Origin: Antedon mediterranea
Lineage: Eukaryota; Animalia; Echinodermata
Reading direction: 5' to 3'
DNA: 64,000 nt
NCBI RefSeq assembly: GCF_964355755.1
Contig: NC_092674.1
Span: forward strand, 23,684,001-23,748,000
The notes beneath the pieces are model-generated. The model saw only the letters and a list, made by a program, of their open reading frames with translations, did not search any database and was not told the origin of the DNA. Below, one piece after another: positions 51,701 to 64,000 of the stretch. How positions within the stretch are numbered: position 1 is the stretch's first letter; every line of letters begins with the position of its first letter. The translations under genes were made by a program, and so were the position numbers.

Positions 51701-53773
51701 CTGAGCATATGGTACATACCTGAGCATATGGTACTTACATGAGCATATGGTACATACCTGAGCATATGGTACTTACATGAGCATATGGTACATACCTGAG
51801 CATATGGTACTTACATGAGCATATGGTACATACCTGAGCGTATGGTACTTACATGAGCATATGGTACTTACATGAGCATATGGTACATACCTGAGCATAT
51901 GGTACATACCTGAGCATATGGTACATACCTGAGCATACGGTCCAGCACAAGCGCAACCTCCTCTAGCTTGAATACCAAACACGTCATTCAAAACTGCACA
52001 AATGAAATTATGATGCAAGAACTGTTTGGTGACTGGATGCCTTATAAGGAAGCTGAAAATGGGAAGTCTCTTTAGTGACGTGTTGCCAAGCAGAACTAGG
52101 TTTTTACACGTCTTCCAGGCATCTAATGCTTTCCTTTAATATAAAACAAAACTTGAAATAATCAACTTTTAAAATATGATTACTCTATGCAGTATATTCA
52201 TCATTGGCAGACATGGGGAAATCTTTCAATTAAAGGGTTTTTCACACTTATTCTGGCAATGTTCTGGTCCGCTGTCGACAAATCAAATAAAACGTCAATG
52301 TTTTGTTTTCATGCTGCATATTGCTTGGTGCATAGTCGCATGGAGCGTTGTGAAAACGAAACATTGACGTTCAATTTGATTTGTCGGCGTCGAACCAGAA
52401 CCGTACCGGAAGATGTGTGATTGATGACTATGACCATGTCTTTTTAGGACTTTTTAGTCTTTTGTGTTAAGTTGCTTGTTAATGCTTGATAACTATTTTA
52501 ATTAACTAGGTAAATATATACAAGAACAACATTATATTCTTATGTAAATTTGATAGGTCTCTCGATTAATATATTATAGTGTTTCTCTGCATGACATTTC
52601 TGGGAGTAAATAATAATGAATTTCTGATCTTTTACCTTTATTAAACTTAACTTTTTAACATTTTTGTTATTAGCTAACAGATTTTAAAACCTAGAGATAC
52701 TCTTTTAACTAATAATTGTATTAACTAATGAGATAAAGTAGCTATATTGTGTTTTTCTCTTTATGCAGAAAGTATTTGAATGGAATCCAAAACAGTAGTT
52801 TAATGAATTCCTTACTTGCACAATTCATGCTCCATTTGCATTATCAAATCAGCTCCCACAGCCTGTATATGTAAACAATATTAAAACATATTAAAATGGA
52901 AAAGACTTATTAAAACAATAGAACATACTGTATGTCATTACATCATACGTTCACTGACATGTCAACATGAATGTCCACTATCGAAAAATACATATATATC
53001 TGTGGACTAGTACCAGTTGACTACAATCCATGTGGACGTGAACTTTGTGCCCGGTCACTCAAACCAAAAAGAAACATTTCTCACCTCCTTCAGCTGAAAA
53101 ACCATACCAGCTCGGATAGCTCCTACTATAGAGGGCGTACCACCTTCCTCTCGCATTTCAATTTGTTGCAGGTACCGATGACTTTCTCTTGTAACCTTAA
53201 AAGGATCGTTAAAATGTTATTTTGAAAGATTGATAAATGAAAGATAGTTACAGTAGAACTCTTTTAAAGGGACACCTTCGAGACCTAACAAAATATCCCA
53301 TTAATAGGGGTGTGAATTGAGTAGGTGTTGGTCATATAGTGTTAAGATATATTTCATTTTGTTCATTTCAAAGTGTTCTTAAATATTGGTGACTCCTGAA
53401 TAAGAGAGTCTCAAATGAAGGGTTGTATCTACAACATTGCATAGCGACTGATGTAGTTGAGCAGCTCGGAAAAACTCTCATGAGACGTCAGTTCACATTG
53501 GTTTATTCTTTTATGAATCTGTCTTACTAAAGCTCTGCCTACACTATTTTATTTATTTTTTTATTTTATTCATTTCGGCAATAAACTATCAAACTTAGTC
53601 TAGGTTCAAGACAAAAATTGGTATACAAGATAAATATTTTGGCACATTATGGCATTTCATACGTATAATACACAAATCGAAATGCCCCCTGGTGGACTAA
53701 CAATAAAAAATGACAATAAATACAGACTTGGGGCAATTCTATCAAACATTATGTGACAACAAAATATGATATA

Positions 53774-53819
<46 letters not shown>

Positions 53820-56800
53820 CATATATCACTACAATATTTGGGCATCACTACCATATTTGGGTACACCACACTTTTTTGTCAAACTACAAGATAGTGTAGA
53901 CAGAGCTTTACATTGTATTTTAATTAAAATCTTACAAAGAACACAGAACCGCCACCCCCTCCGTCAGTAGGTACAGGATTCCTGAAGAGTTTCTTCTTTG
54001 CAATTAACACACCTGGGGTTTCCACTCCACCAACAAACTTATGGGGTGAAAGGAATATTGCATCTTTATGAGCCAGACCACTGGTACTGAAAGGGTACAA
54101 ATGAATTATAATTAAAAATATTAACAATCAGGTTTGATTAGGCTGAATGTAGCTGAACCCTCTTAAGCTCTGTCTACACTATCAAATTTTATGTGACAAA
54201 AAATGTGATGTGGCCATAATATGGACATAATGATGTTATATCACTACCCTATTTTGGCATACCACTACCATATTTGGGCACAACTAGTTTGATAGTGTAG
54301 ACAGAGCTTAACACATTATTTCCAAGAATATATCTGACATGAAAAACTTCTCACCTGGTAACTGGATTCATATCAATTTTAACATATGGACCTAAACAAG
54401 AAAAAGAGAGAGAGAGAGATCATTTTTAAGCTCTGTCTACACTATTAAACTAGTTTGTGTGCCTAAATATGGTAGTGATAATGCTCAAGTATGGAAGTGA
54501 TATGACATCACCATGTCCATATATGGGCAAATCACATTTTTTCTCACATAAAATTTGATAGTGTAGACAGAGCTTTAGGAACAAATGCTTTGAAATTCTT
54601 TTTTTTTTTGCAAAACAAACAAATATTCAAATTTATATGTAGACCTGTGGTGCCATATTCAGCAATCACACTAATTCAAGTGAGATATTTCTCTTAAATA
54701 TTAAGTATTTCACTTAAATTTAAAAGAGTGTTTCCCTTAGCCTAGGTGTGAATGGTAAATACAGATCACTTTGACAAATTGTTGACAGTTGACTATTGCA
54801 TTGTGGGAACAAGTATACATTTTGAAATGCCTTAAATTTCACATAAAATTAATTATAAAGCAAATTATACAGTGATGTAAAAGGGAAAAATTAGTTTTTA
54901 GACTTTTTAGTCTTGTGTTCCAAAATCCTGGATCCACCACTATATCTATACATGAAACTAAAGTGTACTATATACCAGCAGTAGCATAGTCCCAGAAAGC
55001 CAGAGCATCATAGCGGTGAAGACATGTGGTGATTGAATCTGTATCCAATAGAATTCCAGTAATGTTAGAAGCAGCTGAAAAACAGCCAATCAGTTGCTTC
55101 CCAGACTCCTTCCATTTCTAAAAAAAAAAAACAATTTTAAAAGTTTAAATATAAATTGAAGGCAATTACTGCTAAAACTGGATTTTAATTTTTTTAAATC
55201 AAGAAAACAGATCCAAACTTGGAAAAATAAAATACTAATAATAAGAGATTTTATAAAAGCAAGGCCAAACCATAGAGGCCACACTATTTTTTTAAATTAC
55301 CTCCGAACATAGATGGGCTATGAGAATATTTTTTACAAAATCAATAAGTTTTATCACAAAAAACGTGAGCGATGCATGATGGGAAGGAATTGGGAGCAAT
55401 AGCGCCACCAACAGTATATAAAGTTTTTATTATACCGTGGCGCTATTGCTTCCAAACCCTTCCATCACTTGCGAAATCAAATCCCAATCGACTTGGGAGG
55501 TCTGGTAAAACGTTAAAAGTAAACATTCAGAATTAAGGCCACATATTACTTTGTTAGGGCTACATTAGATATTCTTATCATTCTAAATTGATTTCTTTAA
55601 CTTACCTTCAGTTCCTCTTCCAAGTGAGTCATATTAACCCCTGCTTGTGAATCTTGTGATATACGAACAACCTGACAAAGAGAGAAATAAAAGAATAAGG
55701 GCAGGTATGTAACCAGCTTTTTGGAGAGCCAGTCGGCAACAAATTATCCCCACACCCACCCCCGGGTTCGGTGGGATACCCGGGGATTACCGTTATTAGG
55801 CCTATATAAATATTGTAATAATTAGTAGTGATGTTTGGCAGCCTGTAAATTCTGGTCGAAAATTTTGAGTGCTGGATGGGTCCGTCCGACACTTACCAGC
55901 GTGGTGACATCCCTGTAGAGGGCACTTTGTGACAAAAGCTGTATATTATAGCATTTTTGTCATTTTAATGTATTGTACAGCTTCACAGTCTTGCTAAATT
56001 TTTAATAAACAAGTAGATTATATTTTTTTTGAGTGAATAATAAATTCAATAACAAATAATAAATGACCTGACTGACTAATAAATATTTTCAATTTTTAGT
56101 ATATTTTTTTGTTAAAAATGTATTTGGATAAATTCCATATTTGTTTATTTTTCATTTTGTATGAATATTTGTATTAAAAGAAATGACAAGTACCTTGGCT
56201 CCAATTTCTCGCCATGGCAAAAAAGTTGAATGATGCTCAAATGGTCCAACAAATACAACCTGTAGAAATTTTTATTTTTTTTTATTAAGTGTTACAAAAT
56301 AAGTAAGTAAAAATATAATGAATTAAGAACTTAGAGACTGAGCGAAAACACTTGGCAGAATACTGATACCGACAGAGGGTATGTTATTTCGGCCAATGTT
56401 AAAAGAATACAGATTTTTTATTTTAAAACGATTTTCTTGTTCTGCAAGTATATACCCATTTACACCGAAATAATAGTATTAATAATAATGCTCAAGGCCC
56501 AAATGGGAAATTAGATAAAAAAAGACAAAAACTGTGGACACTATTGTGCAAACAAACAAACAAACAAAGCAAGTATTATTCTTAGTAAAATTCTATTTTG
56601 CCAAGTAATCATGGTCTACTGAACTAATAATATTATACTAGCTAGCAAACAGTCAATCAGCTGGACAGAAAGAAGCTATAATTAATTGAAAAATGCGAAT
56701 TTAAAAATAATACATAAAATAAAAAAATGAGAAAATTACTGGAGGTGTAGTGAGGTTGAGGGCATTGATTAATTTATGAACTGCTCCTGTGCAACCGGTG

Positions 56801-59800
56801 CCAACAAATATAACAGCATCATGTTCACTAGCTTTCACAGCATTACGAACAATATCCCTGCAAAAAAAGCATATTTAGTAAATTTTCTTTTAAAAAGTGA
56901 AATTAGCATAACAAAACAAACTAGAAAGCCACTCCGAGAGTGCATACCTCCGCCTACTGTAAAATTCTCCTACATAAGAATTCTCCGGTAAAAAAATATA
57001 TATATATATTTGTGTGTGTCTTAATGCTGTTTGTGATTTACGCTAATTTCACTACAAGCATGTGTATGCGAGTTTGGTGTACACGTTATGTAACCAGCCT
57101 TTCAACTAACAATAGATTCAGTTGACTAACAATACAACAGCAACGCGAAAAAACACACGAGTGAATTTGAAAAGAAATAGGTTTTTTAACTTGACTCGCA
57201 TTAAAAAACCTGTTTATTAAATCTAATTAAGTTTTAAAATTACAAATCACAAATTATAACTCTTGCCTCTTGTACAAAAATGAAGTTTTTTGGACAAGTA
57301 CTTCCCGAGAAAATGCAATTTTAGTTTACTTGTTAATTTAAGACTGCTCACCGGCTTTTGATAATTCTGTCCTATCTTTTAACACTAGCAGGTCTGAAAA
57401 TAATTTTTAAAAGTGGTCCAGAATTGGGACCATGGTCCAGATTTTAACCAAAATTGGGCAGTGTTGTCCTTGCACCAGGTGACATGTATGGTAGTAATTT
57501 GGAGTCATTCGAATCAAAACTCTGTGAGCGCTAGAGTGATGACAAACAAACAAACAAACACACACACAAACCAAACAGATCAACATACTTGGCCAATTTT
57601 CAATTTGGCCAAATAACAAAACACACACAAACCAAACAGATCAACATACTTGGGCAATTTTCAATTTGGCCAAGTAACAAACACACGCGATCGATTACAT
57701 ATACCTCCTTGGCAGAGGTAAATAACATAGTTTTGCATTTTTGTTGGAATATGCACTATACGACCCCCGCGAGAGGTGCATCATACTTTATGATTACCAT
57801 AGCATTCCTGCGTCAAAAAAAGTGACTAAGCTTTAAGTTACCATGATATGGTGGGTGGTAAAGTAACAGACATTGACACACCATTGTTCATTGATGTGAT
57901 GTACCAATCTAGGTGTTTTGACTCACCCCTGTTCAATTATCATTTGTAAATGACGCATCCATGACTCGCCTCTCCCAGGGGTCGTATGTGAGTAATTCAA
58001 TTGAGTGAATTACAGTTAGATACTGATGTTTTAATCTTTTTATTAATTAAATTCAGCAACAATAGTTACCTTGCCTCATGACGAAACAGAGTTGTCTGTA
58101 AGGATGTTACTGATGTTGTTGTGTGAGTGTTTCCATACACTGGCAATACCTGTTCACTTATGTAATCTTCAATGAATTTCAAAGAACTATAGAAGAAAAA
58201 AAGTAAGCTTTTAGCAGTGCAAAAATGCTTCAGTTGTGTGAGCTGATTTTTATTAAAGTTGTGTGAGCTGATTTTTAATAAGTTGTGTGAGTTGATTTTT
58301 AATAAAGTTGTGTGAGCTGATTTTTAATAAGTTGTGTGTGCTGATTTTTAATACGTTGTGTGAGCTGATTTTTAATAAAGTTGTGTGAGCTCATTTTTTA
58401 AGTTGTGTGAACTGATTTTTAATAAAGTTGTGTGAGCTGATTTTTATTAAAGTTGTGTGAGCTGATTTTTAATAAGTTGTGTGAGCTGATTTTTAATAAA
58501 GTTGTGTGAGCTGATTTTTAATCAGTTGTGTGAGCTGATTTTTAATAAAGTTGTGTGAGCTCATTTTTTAAGTTGTCTGAGCTGATTTTTAATAAAGTTG
58601 TGTGAGTTGATTTTTTTTAGTCGCGTGATGAGCTGATTTTTAATAAAGTTGTGTGAGCTGATTTTTAATCAGTTGTGTGAGCTGATTTTTAATAAAGTTG
58701 TGTGAGCTCATTTTTTAAGTTGTCTGAGCTGATTTTTAATCAAGTTGTGTGAGCTGATTTTTTTTAATCGCGTGATGAGCTGATTTTTAATAAAGTTGTG
58801 TGAGCTGATTTTTAATAAGTTGTGTGAGCTGATTTTTAATAAAGTTGTGTGAGCTGATTTTTAATCAGTTGTGTGAGCTGATTTTTAATAAAGTTGTGTG
58901 AGCTCATTTTTTAAGTTGTCTGAGCTGATTTTTAATAAAGTTGTGTGAGCTGATCTTTTTTAGTCACGTGATGAGCTGATTTTTAATAAAGTTGTGTGAG
59001 CTGATTTTTAATAAGTTGTGTGAGAGCTGATTTTTAATAAAGTTGTGTGAGCTGATTTTTAATAAGTTGTGTGAGCTGATTTTTAATAAGTTGTGTGAGC
59101 GGATTTTTAATAAAGTTGTGTGAGCTGATTTTTTAATTTGTGTGATGGATCAGGGAGTAAAGAATGTATGGATGAGCTGGTTTTTTAAGTAGTGTGAGAT
59201 GATTTTTACTCGGGGTACCCGAGTCTAGGACTTACTCATCTTCTCTTCGTCCATCTGGACACTATTGAGTAAAAAGTGCAAGTTTATTTTGCTTTGTGCT
59301 TATTACCATATTTATTTGTAATTTAAATGGATTAAAAAACTTTGTGTAACCCACATTTTTAGTGTAAGAGGTTTCATAGTGTAGTGGTTGTCAAGTCTGC
59401 TTAACACGCAGAAGGTCCCGGTTCGAGCCCTGACGAAACCTATTTTTCTTTAACTTTATGGTGAAATAAACTGTATACGTAATATGATATACAGAGTATA
59501 TCTCGTTTTATTACTCGGGGTACCGGAGTCTAGGACTCTCTCATCTTTTCCTCTTCTTCTTCCATCCGGACACTATTGAGCAAAAAGTGCGATTTATAAA
59601 GTACTACTCCTCCCTTATTCGTTGTAGTATTGAGCTCGGATTTAGCATGAATATACTACAGGGACATGTCCTCTAAGCTATAGAGCCGGATTTTTTAATT
59701 TCAAACCGGATGCAGCCATATCACGTCTCGAAGATGGTACCGTATAGCCATATTTGGTAGCGCGGTTATTGATGTGTATGTGACGTTGCATCCGGTCTTA

Positions 59801-60485
59801 TGACGTCATTACAGCTTCTTTCGCTAGTGTACCCCGAGTATTGCATTCGTGCTTGTTCAAGCTGTGTGAGATGTGAGCTGATTTCTTACGGTATGTTGTG
59901 TGTGATGATTTTGTGAATTAACCTAGTAGGCTACTTACCGTCCAGAAGCTGTGTAATCACAATATGTAACTATAAAAAGGAGGACAAACAATTAATTATA
60001 TGTGTGTGCATAAAAATTGTAAGAATTAATTTTTTCATTTCTCAATCTCATAATACAAGGTAGAGGGGAGGGCCTAAATCACACTGCAGTATTATTTATT
60101 ACATGATACCACAAGAAATTCCATTATAGTGTTCACTAGGGCTATATCAATCAATATTCCAAAAAGTATGTTAGTTTTTTGCAAAGATTCGGCCGTTGCG
60201 AAGTGACTAAAATAACAGTATGGCGATATGGGGCGAACCGACTTTACCTGTACGTTGCCCAAATGGTCCAGAAAACGACGTGTTGTTGCCCAATACATTT
60301 TCGTCAATGTATTTTAGCAGCAATTTTGAATCAGATTTCTTACTACTTTTAAGCTTTTTCGTAACTAATTGTTCAATTGTATTATTTGGTATTTCATAAA
60401 ACGTTCTATATCCATGCGTTAGTGTTTCTTGCACATTTTCGTCAATGTTTTTGTTGCACTTCTTCGTACTTATGGAGGCTGCCAT
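45752..60485 (-). CDS. Cysteine desulfurase-like (aminotransferase class V) / TtcA-like PP-loop tRNA 2-thiolase fusion protein, 25 exons, ~1153 aa
   Basis: Exons 60485-60248, 59969-59939, 58186-58070, 56857-56740, 56259-56194, 55671-55606, 55117-54976, 54391-54355, 54086-53936, 53195-53085, 52862-52816, 52133-51929, 51377-51316, 51135-51076, 50604-50493, 50363-50205, 50093-50049, 49686-48733, 48411-48289, 47989-47872 (GC donor), 47646-47496, 47387-47325, 46966-46894, 46589-46536, 45910-45752 total 3462 nt with matching phases. Motifs: [57 protein letters not shown], then [36 protein letters not shown]. Confidence 0.9.
46659..46776. mobile_element. Tc1/mariner (pogo/Tigger-like) MITE
   Basis: TA-cagtagaactcctattcaagggaca...tgtcccctgaatagggctctactg-TA. 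Confidence 0.65.
51561..51938. repeat. 19-bp minisatellite (~20 copies) built from the exon 12 / intron 12 splice-donor junction
   Basis: Minus-strand unit ccatatgctcag|gtatgta with the variant ccatatgctcat|gtaagta; the first copy is the real donor at 51929/51928. Confidence 0.95.
53777..53813. repeat. (TA)n microsatellite inside a MITE copy
   Basis: Uninterrupted TA run of ~18 units. Confidence 0.9.
54166..54308. mobile_element. Harbinger-type MITE, abundant family (also 53739-53907, 54429-54574, 63064-63205; partial copies near 17960, 19430, 19830, 46380, 48480)
   Basis: TIR agctctgtctacactatcaaa / tttgatagtgtagacagagct, TTA or TAA flanks, shared core catatcactaccatatttgggcac. Confidence 0.85.
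54429..54574. mobile_element. Same MITE family, inverted relative to the 54166-54308 copy
   Basis: Same TIRs, TTA on both sides; internal sequence is the reverse complement of the neighbouring copy. Confidence 0.85.
56918..57722 (-). mobile_element. Helentron-associated non-autonomous element (HINE/DINE-1-like)
   Basis: One end has the short hairpin tacctccttggcagaggta next to an (acaa)n/(ac)n microsatellite; the other end has the subterminal inverted copy tacctccgcc (56946) and aaactag; A/T-run flanks and no TSD. Confidence 0.6.
57758..57987. mobile_element. Small MITE
   Basis: TIR tacgacccccgcgagagg.gcatcat / atgactcgcctctcccaggggtcgta. Confidence 0.55.
58232..59140. repeat. Minisatellite, ~24-25-bp unit, ~36 copies with higher-order variant pattern
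   Basis: Consensus aagttgtgtgagctgatttttaata; degenerate units continue to 59206 and at 59860-59912. Confidence 0.95.
59370..59441 (+). tRNA. tRNA-Val(AAC), degenerate (probable pseudogene)
   Basis: GGTTTCA...CGAAACC acceptor stem (1 mismatch), A box TAGTGTAGTGG, anticodon arm TCTGC-TT AAC AC-GCAGA, B box GGTTCGAGCCC, T5 run just downstream; D and T stems carry mismatches. Confidence 0.7.
59512..59840. mobile_element. MITE with TA flanks; its left ~75 bp is duplicated at 59207-59281
   Basis: TA-ctcggggtac...gtaccccgag-TA; tactcggggtacc.gagtctaggact...ggacactattgag.aaaaagtgc occurs at 59207 and 59512. Confidence 0.65.
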
Positions 60486-61234
60486 CTTTAAATTGATGAG
60501 CGCCACCAACGGCTTTCAAGAAAAGCGATGGTGGCGTACTGCTGCTGCAACTTAATTTTACAGTGAGCTGTAAGCCGAAAGCTAGAAGGCGCACTACAGA
60601 CTGAAAAGGGATTCCAGCTCCCAACACAGGCAGGTACACAGGAGGGGAACCAACAAGATGGCGGCCGTAAATGTGTTCAAAAACATTATAAAAAATATTA
60701 ATCTAATGTAATACATTAAGACCATAAATTACAACACATATTCTTGTAAAAGAACAGTGAAGTTTTTATAAAATTTAAATTTGGCCTAATTATTGTTAAT
60801 CGAAATAGAATGAATAAGAATAAGATAAATCTTTACTGTCATTTCATTTATTTATTCGACCAACAAAACATATACCCCTTTCACACCAAAAGCAAAACTC
60901 CGGAGACACCCCGGAGTTGACGCCCCGCTGGTTTGCCAGCAGTCAGCAGCAAAGATACTATAGCGCCACGCTATACGATCTTTGGTCAGCAGTCCCAGAA
61001 CACAACAAGGCGTTCGCGTTTATACGCTTAGCGCGCTGCGTTGAGTATCGTTCTCACGCGCAGATAGGCTCAACACAGGCGTAGTAGTGCGTACTGCGTA
61101 GGGCATATCTGATTGGTCGATTGCAGCCGCCATCTTGTTGGTTCCCTCTACATGGAGAATCACTTCCTGAACTGCTATAACACTACAGATTGCTATCCAG
61201 CCTTCGGCTATTACAAATCACTTATTTTAGCAAA
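60486..61234. promoter_or_regulatory. Probable bidirectional promoter shared by the desulfurase-TtcA fusion gene and RBX1
   Basis: Divergent ATGs at 60485 (-) and 61235 (+); locally GC/CpG-richer; YY1-like AAGATGGCGGC within a 21-bp inverted repeat (60645-60665, 61126-61146); inverted CCAAT (ATTGG) at about 61112. Confidence 0.65.
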
Positions 61235-63445
<2,211 letters not shown>

Positions 63446-63449
63446 TAAT

Positions 63450-63949
63450 AGGGAGGTTTCGCAACCTTACGAATACGATAACGAAAACGGATACGTCACA
63501 TTTGTGAAACTTTTGAGCTGATCCCCATTTCATATTCGTAAAGCGTATTCGTGTTGACGAATATCACCAGTCATATTCGTAACTACAAAACGAGTATAGT
63601 TTTTGATCTATTTTGCATTTGAATTAGGAATGATTCATGATTATAATATAATTATAGATTTATTGAAAGTAATTTAATAAAGTAATTTACTAAAATGCCA
63701 GGTCAACTTTGATAAATAGCAGTCCTCACTTGCCTTGATGTTACGCTAGGCCTAGGCAGCCCAGCACCAAGCAACACGTAGGCCTACCTACCTGCGCTTC
63801 GCTCAAATTTATCACAGTCATATTTTGGACGGCGCTCTCAATATTTCGTTGCCATGCGAAACAGATTTTTACTGGCTTACAAAAAACGAATACGTGTGCG
63901 TGACGTATCCGTTTTCGTTATCGTATTCGTAAGATTGCGAAAACTCCCT
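63450..63949. mobile_element. ~500-bp MITE in RBX1 intron 4 (same family as 14706-15194)
   Basis: TIR agggag.tttcgcaa.cttacgaatacgataacgaaaacggatacgtcac, AAT on both sides. Confidence 0.85.
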
Positions 63950-64000
63950 AATAAATGCCTCCCCCCCCCCCCCCATTCATATCCCCTAACTCAACCAGTT

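Noticed and set aside
51428-51765. Cys/Tyr/His-rich repetitive ORFs ([16 protein letters not shown]...)
   Set aside because: Translation of the 19-bp intronic minisatellite in several frames, not an independent gene.
58232-59140. Regular ~25-bp repeats (and the 36-bp array at 7312-8176) resembling a CRISPR array
   Set aside because: Head-to-tail units with no unique spacers, no cas genes, eukaryotic context.

Overview
AT-rich eukaryotic (metazoan) genomic DNA, most likely from a marine invertebrate deuterostome such as an echinoderm (inferred from a Deu/Nin-domain SINE remnant, vertebrate-like ANKH and RBX1 exon structure and the GPCR family type). Most short ORFs in the track are noise; the real genes are spliced and were reconstructed by hand. 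Left to right: (1) two tandem ANKH (progressive ankylosis transporter) paralogs on +, namely the 3' part of copy A (674-6693) and a complete 12-exon copy B (8423-21745) whose exon 7 is duplicated into a probable mutually exclusive pair; (2) a cluster of six intronless class A GPCRs (25.6-44.3 kb), one lacking the E/DRY arginine; (3) a 25-exon, ~1153-aa minus-strand gene (45752-60485) fusing a PLP-dependent SufS-like cysteine desulfurase to a bacterial-type TtcA PP-loop tRNA thiolase, the most notable system here; (4) RBX1 head-to-head with it across a 750-bp interval bracketed by a perfect 21-bp inverted repeat. Introns and intergenic DNA hold many non-autonomous DNA transposons (Harbinger, Mutator/Phantom, P-like, Tc1/mariner, Helentron-associated), satellites and a degenerate tRNA-Val.
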